In this document: one piece after another, positions 27,881 to 42,953 of the stretch | How the letters are laid out: the number at the start of each line of letters is the position of its first letter | How positions within the stretch are numbered: position 1 is the stretch's first letter | DNA from: Trichosphaerium sp. ATCC 40318 | Taxonomy: Eukaryota; Protista; Tubulinea | Assembly: GCA_038496445.1 (NCBI GenBank) | Contig: JALMLS010000065.1 | Location: 372,001-436,000, forward strand | Reading direction: 5' to 3' | DNA: 64,000 bases | The notes under the pieces: model-generated | Told to the model about the DNA's origin: nothing | The model's input: the letters and a program-made list of their open reading frames with translations, nothing else | The model's database searches: none | Made by a program: the position numbers and the translations under genes

Positions 27881-29709
27881 CATCGGTCCCTAACATTCTA
27901 ACCCTTCAATACCAGCGAGGGATTCAGATACTGAAGTTTCATAAGCGTAAATAGAATGCTCCAGCAAGTGCTTTGACACCTTCATCTGTTATTGAAGTGT
28001 GCCTAAGGTTAATAGTGTGAGCTCCAGCAAGCGCTTTAGCACCTTCATCTGTTGTTGAAGTGCCAGAAAGACAAATTGTATGAACTCCAGCAAGCGCTTT
28101 CACACCTTCATCAGTTACTGAAGTGTTCCTAAGGTTAATAGTATGGACTCCAGCAAGTGCTTTGACTCCTTCGTCAGTTACTGAAGTGTTACTAAGGTTA
28201 ATAGCGTGAGCTCCAGAAAGTGCTTTGACGCCCTCATCTGTAATGTGTTTACAAGCTAACAAATCAATCATGTGCACTCCAGCAATTACTTTGACACCTT
28301 TATCAGTTACTGAAGTGTTACTAAGGTCAATAGTATGGACTCCAGCAAGTGCTTTAACACCTTCATCAGTTACTGAAGTGCCTAAGGTTAATAGTGTGAA
28401 CTCCAGAAAGTGCTTTGACACCTTCATCTGTTATTGAAGTGTTACAAAGGTTAATAGTGTGAACTCCAGCAAGTGCTTTGACACCTTCATCAGTTACTGA
28501 AGTGATACTAAGGTCAATAGTGTGAGCTCCAGAAAGTGCTTTGACACCCTCATCTGTTACAGCAGCGTTTTTAAGATCAATAGTATGGACTCCAGCAAAT
28601 AATTTAACACCTTCATCAGTTACGGAAGTGCCAGAAAGGTAAATGCAATGGGCTCCAGCAAGCGCTTTAACACCTTCATCAGTTACTGAAGTGTTACTAA
28701 GGTCAATAGTATGGACTCCAGCAAGTGCTTTGACACCTTTATCAGTTACTGAAGTGTGCTCAAGGTAAATAGTATGAACTCCAGAAAGTGCTTTGACTCC
28801 TTCGTCAGTTACTGAAGTGTAACTAAGGTTAATAGTGTGAGCTCCAGAAAGTGTGTTCAACCCTTTATCTGTAATGTGTTTACAATATGATATATTAATC
28901 ACATGTACACCAGCTAGTGCTTTGACGCCTTCATCAGTTACTGAAGTGTTACTAAGGTCAATAGCGTGAGCTCCAGAAAGCGCTTTGACACCTTCATCTG
29001 TTACTGAAGTGATACTAAGGTTAATAGTGTGGACTCCAGCAAGTGCTTTGACACCTTCATCAGTTACTTTAGTTCTACGAAGCTTAATAGTATGAACTCC
29101 AGCAAGTGCTTTGACACCTTCATCAGTTACTGAAGTGATACTAAGGTCAATAGTATGAGCTCCAGCAAGTGCTTTGACACCTTCGTCAGTTACTGAAGTG
29201 CGCATTAGGTTAATAGTGTGAGCTCCAGCAAGTGCTTTGACACCTTCATCAGTTACGTGAGTGTAACTAAAGTAAATAGTGTGAGCTCCAGCAAGTGCTT
29301 TGACGCCCTCATCAGTTACTTTGGTACTAGAAAGGTCAATAGTGTGAACTCCAGCAAGTGCTTTGACACTTTCATCTGTTATCCGAGCATTCTCAAGGTC
29401 AATAGTATGAGCTCCCGCAAATTGTTTGGTAATGTTGTCATCAACACTCCATCCTAGCGTGATTTTTGTGTATTTCAGAATACCGGCATGTTTTACAGCT
29501 GATTTTGCTTGAGCTAACGTTTTAATCATAATAGCATGGTATCCAATAATGTCGTGAACAATAGAAGCAAGTAAACGACAGGTTTGACAAGCTGAAAAGC
29601 GCGAATAGGTCGTTTGACGCAGGATGAGCGCTATTATCTCTGTCGGTAGGTGTAGTAAACTTGTATGGGAGGTACTGTTGATTATACCACACTTTGAGGT
29701 AGAAAGCAT
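27878..29709 (-). pseudogene. F-box + LRR protein copy A (23 LRR units + cap), frameshifted as assembled
   Basis: F-box LLHLPTEIIALIL..CRLL, then 21-aa units GAHTIDLSNTSVTDEGVKALA. It has 2-nt deletions at about 28380 and 27958 relative to the paralog; these may be consensus errors. Confidence 0.75.
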
Positions 29710-30148
29710 AATATCGTCTTTAAAGATGTAATACAAACGATTATAATTAGGCGCAATATCACGTGATATAACAATTACCGGTTGACTTAAAACCGTTTTG
29801 CTACCCGCTAAGTCGCATTCATAGATTGCCGAAACTCGGTTTTCTAAGAGCTCTAACTTACAGGTACGTGCAGGAGTAACGTAACGCCATTTATCACGTG
29901 CTCTAACAACTTACTTCCGACAAAATTGTTTACCCTGATAAAACATGCCGATGCACTATTTTTCTCCACAATATATATACTTTATTGTCCATCAAGTTTT
30001 GAAGCTCACGATTATAGTAGTTGTAGATAAAGAATTTTGAATCGTCTCATGGTTAGACAATGAGCTGAGAGTGAGATGCCGTTACCAAAAACGGTGTTAT
30101 CACGAGTTTGACTGGTAAAACTCTTTCAGAAAGAATACAAGTTCAAAA

Positions 30149-31495
30149 ATGTTGCAACAAATCAAGATGAATTTTATGGGTGTTTCGATAGATCAAGTGC
30201 TGACATATTATCGCAATAACCATTCAGAGGTTTTCAATACAATTACAGCGAATAATCACGAAATATTAATAAAACAGCTTGATAAGGTTTTAAATGCATC
30301 AAATACGCGTTTAGTACAACAATTGGATCAAGTTCTCTTTAAACATGCAAATAGCGACGTAAACATACAAGATCAACGCACAAAGCATTTTGAGGGCGTT
30401 ATTTACCAAAACACAAACAAATAAAGAAGTACGTCTGAAGAGCTACCAACATTTTTTAAGTCCATGTGTACTTACTTAACAATCCCAGAAAAATATTGCC
30501 GTGGCGACAGAGAAAGAAGCTCACATTCTTGACTTTCCACCAGAGATTATTTCGAGTATCATTTCCAATGTACCCAAAAGATTCAGTGTTGCACAAACAT
30601 GTCGTTTGATGGCCGATACCATCCACGATGTTGTTGATTATCAGTATGCTTATTTACATAATGTTCAAGATATATTAAAGATACAACAGTACAAGGTGTT
30701 ACGGACAACACTGAAATTAGATTACGTGGTATGATGCACAACACATTACATTCAATGTTGGTTGGATGTCGTAAGATCACAGCGCCTTATGGGAGTACAA
30801 TCAATGATCGTGATCTTGAAGCGCTTGATGGAGTACATACCATCAGCCTTAACGGTTGTAAAGAAGTGACTGATAAAGGCATTAAATCACTTGCCGGAGT
30901 TCATGAAATTGATCTTGGTTTCTGCACTTCAATTGGAGATGAATGTATCAAAGCGTTGAAAGGTGTTCATACCATTCACCTTTCTTTCACTTCTGTGACG
31001 GATGAAGGCCTCAAAGCATTGAAGGGCGTACATAGTATTACTCTCATCAGTTGTGATAGAGTGACAGATGAAGGAATAAAAGCACTTGAAGGCGTACATA
31101 CAATTCTACTTGGCTTCACCAAAGTCACAGACGAGAGTCTAAAATATCTCAAAGATGTTCACGAAATAAGTCTTATGGGTTGTAGACAGATAACAGATGA
31201 AGGAGTTAAAGCACTTCAAAATGTCCATACTATCAGACTTGATAATACTGAAGTAACAGATGCATGTCTCGAATATCTCACCAATGTCCATAGCATCAGT
31301 CTTAGTGGTTGTAGAAATATGACAGAGAAGGGTATCCAAGCACTAAAAGGTGTACAGAAAACTCACCGCCGTGGTATTTCCATACCAGTATCAGCCAAAA
31401 CAGTTAGAGCATTGAACGATATATGTTTCCCAATCCTCCATTGTAAAAGTGTTACAGACAAAGGCGTTGTAGGATTCAAAATTGCTCGTATCTAG
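30149..31495 (+). pseudogene. N-terminal helical domain + F-box + LRR protein copy C, disrupted as assembled
   Basis: Paralog of 42954-44370 with the same intron (gtacgtctgaag..ccag). Three 1-nt homopolymer deletions lie at about 30400, 30490 and 30695, and the last repeats are degenerate. Confidence 0.72.
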
Positions 31496-31768
31496 GTACT
31501 TAAGTTGACCAGATGAAGCATCAAAGAAGTAAAAGATGTACATGGTACAAATAAAACAGCTTCAATAAAAACCATTCTTCTATCTCGATATTAAGATAAG
31601 AACTACGCCATACCTACTTAGTCAATTAATCACGTGATCCTATAATTGATAGTGTAAGCGAACATTCATTCCTTTAAAATTCCAAACAAAAAACTTACAG
31701 ACAGCCAAAGCTGTTAAGAGTAACAGCATAAGTCAGATATTAATTAAGTTTATAAGTTGAGACTTTTG

Positions 31769-32730
31769 TTACAATTCTGTATTAGGTATAACTGCTACAA
31801 TATGGTTTTCGGGTACGTAGATATCCGTACAACTCTCTAGTTTTGCGAAACGGATTGTAAAAGCTGAACCAGCGCCAAATAGCATAATGTATGCTATCGT
31901 CATAAAGACAGCATGTAAATATTTCCACATTAGGCTTCCATACCTAAAAAAACCGTTTAGTTTGAATTACGTTTTCAAAAACTAAAGTCTCCGATAACAC
32001 ACGAATGTCGTTGCATCGTGTGCTGGATGTTATGGCAATTTTTACTAAATTTGCGTTCCACACTTCTTTGTGACTTTTTTTTTATTGAAAAAACGAAAAC
32101 AAACTAAAACAAGTGCCTGTTCGACTAGTTCGCACCTGCAACTACAACAGTTATCTTTGTCTGTCTTGTATGTGTTTAAAGGCATTTCATCCTCTAACAT
32201 AATTCGTTTCGCTTGATAGCATCTAATAAAGGCATGACCGGCAATCAAACACCCGTAACACGTGACTCCGAATATCATGATCATAATCCTTAAACCGTCG
32301 TTTCTAGACCATATAGACGTATATAATTGTACAATCATACCATAGAACCATACCTTACCTATCAAAAAAACACTTAGATAACGTACAACAAAGAAAAAGA
32401 CCTAAAGAAAACAACGGAGAAACTAACTTTAATGTCAACAAAAAAAAGCTCCGCTTTTCGCTCAGATTCTCTCTTTGTACCTACAATAGGGTGATATTTT
32501 AATACCCATGGCTTCCAGTATCCTATTATTCTAAGCAAGATAGCTATAAAGCCCGTTATCATCAAAGTCAAGCCCCACCCGAAATGTAAGTATAGATTAG
32601 GACAAAACCGTATTATATTGTCATTGGCGTTAAATCTAGTCCCAGTAAGTACACTGACAATGTAATGTTACAAGATGTTCAAAAAAGGACCCTATTATAG
32701 TCCCACGTACGTGTATGTGTTGTTGAGCAT
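31769..32730 (-). CDS. Multi-pass membrane protein with His in the helices (DUF2306/cytochrome b561-like pattern)
   Basis: Spliced hydrophobic segments LHFGWGLTLMITG, KYHPIVGKVWFYG, LIAGHAF and KYLHAVFMTIAY. Confidence 0.55.
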
Positions 32731-33200
32731 AATAGTTTATGGTGTAAATGTTTGACTTGCAAGTAGTGACTTAAAACGCGAAAACAAAAACCCGCAAATT
32801 GTTTGTTTTTCACCTTCGGTACATATTTGGTTCGAAGTGATAAAAACAAACAGCTGAAATTAGCTTAGTTTGCCAGTACATTCGCGCACGTGAACAATAA
32901 ACTATTTATTTTCCGTGCGGTATCTGGATTTTATTTTTTCTCCGACTATTTCCAATAGTTGATAAAAATGATAGCAGCATAGTAAAGAAAAACGCCAATG
33001 TTTCTCATAACGGAGTTATTTGGGAATAAGATCAATAGTCGCTGTTTCTGATACCGCGTTTAACGGTACATATAAACCAAACGACAAGCGACTACAGCGT
33101 AAAAGAGGTTAATTGTGAGGCGTGGTAAGAAAAATCTATACTTCGGGTTTTTGTCAACATTTTTCTTCTTTGTCTCCAGCTGTGAGGCACTCTAGTGGTC

Positions 33201-34872
33201 ATGTGGGAGGAACAAACGAGAGAAATATTTGATAGATCGTTAAAGCAAGTTGGAACTAGCAAGGATATGCCTAGGCTAGCGAAACATTTCGTTATTTACG
33301 ATGAAGATCAAAAAGTTGTACCTATGGACTTTTCTGGTGCGTATTTAGATACATTTCACAGCTTCTCGGGTTCTTTTATCACTACATTCCTAATAACTGC
33401 ACTTCTTATTTAATTATTTTGTCTAAAAGATCGCCAAACGCTCACGCAAACCCTCATGCACTGGTTTTTGTTAGTGTTGAAATATTTAAACAAAAGCGGT
33501 TCGATCACGTGGGTTTTTTTTTTTTTCACGCTCCTTTTTCTGTATTGATAATTAACGCTCTACTTTTATAGGAAACAACCAAGAGATAACGGTACGATTA
33601 GAATATTAAATTTCTTTTTGAAATTGAACGTGCTCCATTCCAGATTTTCGTCTTTACGTAAAAAGCAGGCTACTAACGTTCTTGGGGTTTTTTTGAAGTT
33701 TGTAATTTCATTTCTTCCCTTTTTTTTTTTTTTGACCTTTAGTGTTGGTGGACGTTTTATTGATTTCCTTGTTTTCACAGGTCAACTTATTTGCAACTCT
33801 TTTTGTATGTGTTGAACGCGTTTATCGGAATACAAAAGACGTTGATAAAAAGTTAAAACCGCTTATAAGCACGCTAAGAAGACTCTTTGAAATCAAAAAT
33901 GTGTCAGAAGGTAATCTCTTCTTAGCTCGAAATTACTCAAGTTCTTTTATAATTTATAACATTCCCTTAGGACTGGACGTGGTTTTTGATGTACTTGAAC
34001 CAAAATCAGGTATTTCTCCAGTGTTAAAGGTGACCAATACTGAGTTTTGTTTTTGTCATTTTTTTTTCGAAAAACAAAATTGATTGGTACTAACAAAAGA
34101 TAAGTGCTTCAATCAGAACATCACAGCGCCAGCTACAAAGGAACTATTCAAAAAAATGGCGAAGACATGTACGTGTTTATTTATGCCATTGGTATATATA
34201 ACGCTTAGTAAGGTCCATTTCTTGATGGTAAACATTGGCAAGTTCATGTCTCCCTTTTAAAAACTGGACTTGAAATCAAACATGTCAAAAATCAAAGACA
34301 CGTGGCACAGGTAAGACAAGAACGATTCACAAAAATACCCAAACTAGTCAATATCTAATAATTATACAAGGAATTCGAATTTGAGTGGCAATTGGTTCTG
34401 ACATTTGATCTCGAACTCACATCACTAACAAAGATGTATTTGAAGTACGCAACTTTTTTTTTTTTTGCAACACTAAAAAAAAACACGATAATATTCCACT
34501 TGTCTTATGTTATCTCAAACAGTATCATTGATTGGACATTTACAGAAAAAGCCACAGAAAAAACAAAACAAAATTTTCTATCTGTTACAGCACCATATGT
34601 ATTACCGTGGTTATTAACAAGCACACCAAACTCAAAAAAACCAAGGTACAACTCAAAAAAAAAAAAAAGTTGTAGACCTTGAACCGTCACTCACGTGTTT
34701 GATGTTTTAGGAGTTTTTGGAGAAACCAATTTTCAAAACTAGTAGATGGACTAAAGAAGGGAGGAAAGTAGATTATGAAAGATACATTGGAAAACCCAGA
34801 AAGAAGATGTCAAAAATAAAAAAAATAAAAAATGTCAACATCAAAAAAAAAACAATTGCTCCTTGTTGGTGA
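33201..34872 (+). CDS. Multi-exon hypothetical protein
   Basis: Short exons join through GT-AG introns (MWEEQTREIF..DFS|GNNQEIT|VNLFATLF..). The 3' end is uncertain. Confidence 0.55.
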
Positions 34873-34958
34873 GACGCACGCTTTTTATTAGTTTTTTTTT
34901 TCATTTGTTGTGGAAACAGTCAATATAAAATTAACGTTTAAAAAAATGTATACCAAAA

Positions 34959-37161
<2,203 letters not shown>

Positions 37162-37257
37162 GTTGTTCAGAGATAAAAAAAAAAATTCGTAGACCAAACG
37201 GGACTTAATTTACACAGGTTTTTTATTGTTCGCTTTACTAAGTTAAACATGTCTTCT

Positions 37258-38289
37258 TTATGCTGATCCTTTCCATACAGATGCTTCAATACCGTCCTGT
37301 AAGTATACATGAGTTTTTGGAGTACTAGAGGTGTATGGTGGCGTGTATGGTGGCGTACAACAAGGTCTTCTCTGTCACTTGCATCATATTCAAGTCTTGA
37401 AAGATGCAACTTACTGCTACTGTATAATCCAGATGAGCGCACGTGATTTAGGTAATTTTCAATCTTGAATACGACAACATTATCTGCAACTACGAGGGAT
37501 CCAGGTCTCAATAAACCGTGCTTCTCTATCAATAGCAAATCCGCAAGGTAAGCTTCTTTAGCGTGATCAATGAAAACCATGTCTACGCTCTGTATGTTAT
37601 GCTTTGACTTGAGTGTTGGTAAGACATCACAGCCTTTACCCTTTAGAAATGTAATCTAGAGACTTGGTTAAAACAAACAGCTAGTGAGAGTTCTATGATG
37701 TTGTTTTGAAAAAAAATTCACCACTTTTCGAAAACCAAAAACCGAAGTTTTGTTTTTTTGTTAGTACCTTGTCTGTAAATCCAGCCTTTTTAGCGAGAAT
37801 GCGTGATGCATTAGTAGGAAAAGGATCAATAGTAATGATCCTTGCGTCATCACTTAATAAACGCGCCATACGAACAGTAGAATAAGCACAGTAAGTGCCT
37901 AATTCTAGCACTAGTTTTGGTGCAGCTTCTCTGACAATCTTATCAAGAATTTCACCTTTCCCGTCTCCAACGTGCATCATCTGAAATGAAGTGTCAGTTC
38001 GTGCGAGGTTTCGTTGAACCAAAAAAGAAAAAACTCCTCCGCTAAATACTCCAGGTTTTCGAACGTTTGGGTGCATTCAACACGCGTAGGTAACGTACCC
38101 AATGAGTATTCCAGCAAAATTTATCCACTGCCTTCAATACACTTTCGGGATCCCCATCTGTTGCGTTTTCCTGTACGAACGCACCGAGTTTGTCCTCTGT
38201 ACCCTTGTTGAATTGCATAGGGCCATTTTCTATGCGAATGTCATTTTGATTACCTTTACACTACGCGTACCTTTTTGTCTTGCTGCCAT
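37258..38289 (-). CDS. COMT: Catechol O-methyltransferase family protein
   Basis: MMHVGDGKG, VLELGTYCAYS, DMVFIDHAK and LLRPGSLVVADNV; 4 introns. Confidence 0.9.
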
Positions 38290-38342
38290 GATCGTTTATG
38301 TTGTGTTTGAGAGCAAATGAGCTTTTCAAACTTAGTAAACAC

Positions 38343-39238
38343 ATGGCGGAAACAAGCGACGCTAATGACTCTATTCAAATCGTAAGCAAGTGACGTTGCG
38401 TTGGTTAACGTGAGTAGGAGTCAGATAATGTACAAGGTGACTTTGAGCGGTTTTGCGAAGACGGGGCGCACCTTGCCGAGCAAGGAGACTTCTATGAGGT
38501 AAAAATCAAAGAGAATTATTACCGTTTAACATGTACAATAGGCTTTGGAGTGCTGGGATAATGCTATGCTATTGAAGGACACAGAAAATAGCGTTGGACA
38601 TCACGAACGCGCAAAATTAAACGAAATGTACGCACAGGTTCTTTTGGAGCTTGGAGACGATTTCGCCGCAATCAGATGTGCTGAGCAGGTTAGTTTTTGT
38701 AATATTGATCAATTAGAAACAATTTATTGTACTCCATTTAAAGAACCACCTGTGACCGTTTACTAAGCGTCTTAGGCGATTCTGTTGGCTCCAGATTGGC
38801 TTGACGCAAAGATTACGTTAGGACGCGCGCAACTCAACTTTGGTGAATTAGAACTTGCTGTACAGACTCTTAACGTATGCATTGAACAAATAGACAAATC
38901 AAGCGATCTTTATACTGACACAATGGCCGATTTGAAGTATGCCAAAGAAACGTACGCTTGATTCCGCGTTTGATCTTTGTATAAATAACGTTCTGTTTTT
39001 TTTGAAGGTTTTCACAAAAAATGAAAATAGAACAAGATCAACCTGGTACAAAGGTTATTCGTGGTTTTATAATAGCACCTGGAGAAGAGCATGGTTTATG
39101 TTATCCAAAAGCAAGTGGACCTTACATGAAGACTAGGAAGTCTAAGTATATCTCAATGGCACGTCATTTTGTCGTCATCACTAGTAGTAAAAAATTGTTT
39201 TTTTGTTTTTTTGGAAAATCCAGCATTTATTTGCTTGA
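38343..39238 (+). CDS. TPR protein, TTC33-like
   Basis: GAHLAEQGDFYEALECWDNA, LNEMYAQVLLELG and APDWLDAKITLGRAQLNFGE. The 3' end is uncertain (39238 or 39368). Confidence 0.75.
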
Positions 39239-39742
39239 AAAACGTGCTACTGTCGCCTTTATGGTAGTGTTAATTTCTATTAGCTCTTACAGAACGCTTA
39301 TGGGGATGAAAAGTGGCCAGAAGTACGACAAGAACAGCTTCAGTACAAACAATGGGGAAGAATATTAACAAGGCCTGTAACTATACGCAAACGTCCTCGG
39401 TAGGCGTCAATCATTGTTTTTATATCTTCCTACATACGGCGTTAAATCTATAGCGCTATACAATTTGTACATAAAAGGACTTCCTCGGAAAGTTATTCGT
39501 TGTTTCAAAAAAAGGGAAAAACTATTCATCATAGACAGAAAACTGTCAACTTTTGACGTTTTATGCGTCACTTTATATAACCCTTGAAAGATGAGATACT
39601 ATAAAGAATACAATATTTATTTATTGTCTGGGGTGTTAAATGTCACGAAGCTCCTGCGGACAAACCCTCGGAAAAAACAGAATTTATCAATTTTATTTTG
39701 AGAGTTATTTTTTTATTATTCTATAAAACACACAAACAACAA

Positions 39743-40660
39743 ATGACATCCGCAACAGTTAACTGGTATAAAGAAGAAATCGCCAAGCGCGATCTAACAG
39801 CTATTGTTTTTTACAGAGGTGATTGGTACGCGTTTTACTATCGTATACCTAAACTCTTTTCTAACACTCTTTCTCAGGTGTCCGTTCTGTCAAGCGTAAG
39901 TTACATCATTTTTTAGTGCAACTGTTGTTCTTATGATGATTTCTTCTAAACTGATGATTTAGTTACTTGTCGGACTTAAATGCTAAAGTCTTGCCTCAAC
40001 TGAAAGCTAAAGGTATTGTATCCCTCATATTTCAACGTATCTTATGCCTTTTATAGGTGGTGAACTATTCGGTGTGACAGCTCAAGACCAAGCTGCTGCA
40101 ACTAAGCTGCAAAATACACTCGGTTTGGATTTCAAAATCTTTGGTGCTCCTTCAAATGAGCTCGCTAAAGGTTTGAGTTTTTAATCAGTGGCCCAACGGA
40201 CTAACATTATATAGAACTTGGCGTTGCTCTCAGTGAACATGCTGGGTACGAAGGTCTCATGGCTCAACCTGCTCTATTTTTTGTACGTCGTTGGTTTTGT
40301 ACAAACCGGTTTTTTTTTCTGTTTTTCCGACAACTGACTTTGTATGTAGGTTGATAAACAAGGCAAGTTTTTGTACAAGTGGATTATTGTACCTGGTCAA
40401 ATGAACTTTGGTGGTGCTATGGATCGTCCAATCCCTGAATTGGTATGTTTTAACTAAAGAAAGATAGTTGGACATCATTTTCTTGCACCAAACAGCATTA
40501 AAAATTGTGATAGGTGTGGAAAGTTGTCGAGGCAAGACTTGCTGGAAAGGAAGTAGCTGATGATAAGATTCGTGGTATCGACATTGAGTGGGTAAAGGAT
40601 AACTACACACCACAACATAAGATGATCATGGACTACCTCGCTAGCCAGAAGAAGAAGTAA
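39743..40660 (+). CDS. AhpC/TSA-type thioredoxin-fold redoxin (WCPFC)
   Basis: Spliced IVFYRGDWCPFCQAYL, ELFGVTAQ, QPALFFVDKQG and GGAMDRP; 6 introns. Confidence 0.85.
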
Positions 40661-41468
40661 ATAGAAACAATTTCTATTCTCCAACAAGCTCCAACAACCT
40701 CCAACACGCATGTATTTTGTAAATAAACATCCTCATCGAACAGTTTGGCAAGCTATTCTTGTATTTTATATTTTTCTCTTTCAAACGTTATTGGAAACTT
40801 TGTGTTCGTTTTACATTAATTCTTGACCTTTTTAAAAAGAAGTACGGAGGAAAAGTTCCATTTTTTACGGGCAAGCTTTGCGGCACTTTGAATAATTTCA
40901 GTTAATTTTGGTAATCGGAAATATCGCGTTTTTTTCGTGCCCGCAATTAACTACCAAACGTTCTTTGACCTTATAATTACTTTAAACACTTCACAAAATC
41001 AATTATAACCTCATTAGATGGAAATAAGGAAGTTGCGGCAAATTGGAAAGCGGAATTTTCACAATAATTGCTTGTTGTTAATTAGTACACATTTTATACA
41101 CACGTATCAGTCAACACGTGCAAGGCACTGTATTTTCACGACTAAACGGGTAAAACTACAAAAACAAACTGCAAAAAAACTGAGCATCCCGCAATTTTTG
41201 CGGGTAGGAGAAAATCGGGTTCTAGCTATTTGTAAGAACGCTATTGGCGTATAATTGCCTCATGTAGGCGTTTGTGTTGACCATTTCGGACAATATAGTC
41301 AAGCAAGTAAATCAAAGGATCCATGACGTTGCTTATAGTATAAATACGCGATTTCGATCGCAGTTTACAAAATTAACTTTAACTTAAATCCGAAATACTC
41401 AGTGGCCGATACTTTCTTTAAGTTAACTTAAAATCAATTCAACTAAGTTTCCACTACCTATACACCTT

Positions 41469-42178
41469 ATGGAACTATCAAAGATACTATCACCTATACC
41501 ACAGAGTGTTCAACGTACAGCACAACAGTATAACTTCTTCGCTAGGAATACTAGTCCTTTCAAAAGGTAATTATTCGCAAAACAGCTTTAGTGATTGCAT
41601 GCACCATTTTTTTTTTATTTTCGTGACAACTCACTAAGAAAAACTCTACAAGTTTTTTTTTTCGAGCGAGTGTTTTTTTTTTCTTAATTCTTCCTTCTTC
41701 TTCTCTGTCGATACTCTGTCGTTTACCTTTTATTAGCTTGAATAAAAATGGTGGACGTATATCGCCTATAAACTCGCTAGGATCAAGTCTATACGCAAAG
41801 CAACCAAGAAAAAGGCGAGCATTCTCTTGCTACGAAAGAAGAGTACTAGAGGAGTTTTATACAGTTCAACAAGTCCCTAACGCTGATGACAAAGCAACAC
41901 TCGGCACTAAGCTTGGTATTGAACCCTCACGTGTTCGTATTTGGTTTCAAAACAGAAGAGCAAGAAATAAGAAAAAAATAAAGGAAAAAGAAGCTGCTAT
42001 TAAGCGACAAGCAATACAAGACTATATGCATAAGAAACAGATTAAAACACAAAGAAAACCAATATTAAAACCTATATGGAGGTTCTCGCCAGGTATTAAG
42101 AATAAAGGCCGCAACCAGATCTTTATTGCTACCTTGACAAAAGCGTTGCACTCACATCAGAAGAGAAATACTTACTGA
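41469..42178 (+). CDS. Homeodomain transcription factor (non-TALE, Q50)
   Basis: RKRRAFS..LEEFY..P..VRIWFQNRRAR. Exon 1 from ATG 41469 splices in frame. Confidence 0.9.
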
Positions 42179-42700
42179 AACTCAATTTTTTAATATCGAA
42201 TCACTTCCTGGAAGTTTAAAGAAGTACTCTGTGCAGTACTCTTTACCTTATGCGAGAAGACGAATTCGTACCACTTAACACACGTTGTAAAATAGTTATG
42301 AATACCGTTACGATACCATGTAATTATAGAAAAAAACAAAACTCGATAAGTATATAAATAAAAAGTCCAGACAGTTTTTATCCTCAAATTATGTTTCTCC
42401 GCTTAATATATTACTTCGAGATTTGTATTCCACTAGTTTTTTATACTAACGAGCTTTTTACCAGTCACTACTGCTTTGATATGAGCTAAGGTTTGTAAAA
42501 TAACATTAGAGTGCGACGTAGAATGTAAACTCTTGTTTCTTTCACAACAGCCAAGCAAAAAGGTGCCGTGTACACTTACGTGAGCGTTGGTGATATCTCT
42601 ATTTACGGCACAGTATACAAATACTAAGCGGTGTAAACCCAAATATGTAGAATTTTGTCAAAAATTCAGCACTATATTATGCATAGGAACTATTTAGAAA

Positions 42701-42808
42701 GCCCCTTTTAGCTGGGGTCGGGAGGCAGAGCCTAGCGGCTATTGAGAGGCATGACCCAGTTGTCTCCCTTTGTGGCGAACAGTTCGATATCACTTTGACT
42801 TTTTTTTT
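42701..42808 (+). ncRNA. Candidate structured small RNA (unassigned)
   Basis: Intergenic GC-rich island with complementary blocks GCTGGGGTC/GACCCAGT, GGGAGGCA/TGTCTCCC and GCCT/AGGC, a GTTCGA motif and a T9 run. Confidence 0.3.
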
Positions 42809-42953
42809 GACCCGTGTTAAGCAGCAACACACATAAATGAAGTAATAACTTACTTTTAACCTAGACTACCTGTGAACCAAAACCAAATTTCTATGCCACG
42901 TATAAGTAACTGTATTTACTGTCAATTGTAACTACATGTGCCACAGTGTAATT

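Noticed and set aside
28225-29457. Antisense ORFs over LRR arrays and other genes (e.g. 43111-43550, 24705-24917, 56615-56857)
   Set aside because: Shadow frames of real coding sequence on the opposite strand.
30149-30424. Separate small gene upstream of LRR copies C and D (also 44098-44370)
   Set aside because: In copy D it splices in frame to the F-box/LRR exon, so it is exon 1.
39820-39900. Selenocysteine in the redoxin active site
   Set aside because: Both codons are TGT; there is no in-frame TGA.
41417-41432. 16-bp palindrome tttaagttaacttaaa upstream of the homeobox gene
   Set aside because: Almost all A/T, so plausible by chance in this composition.
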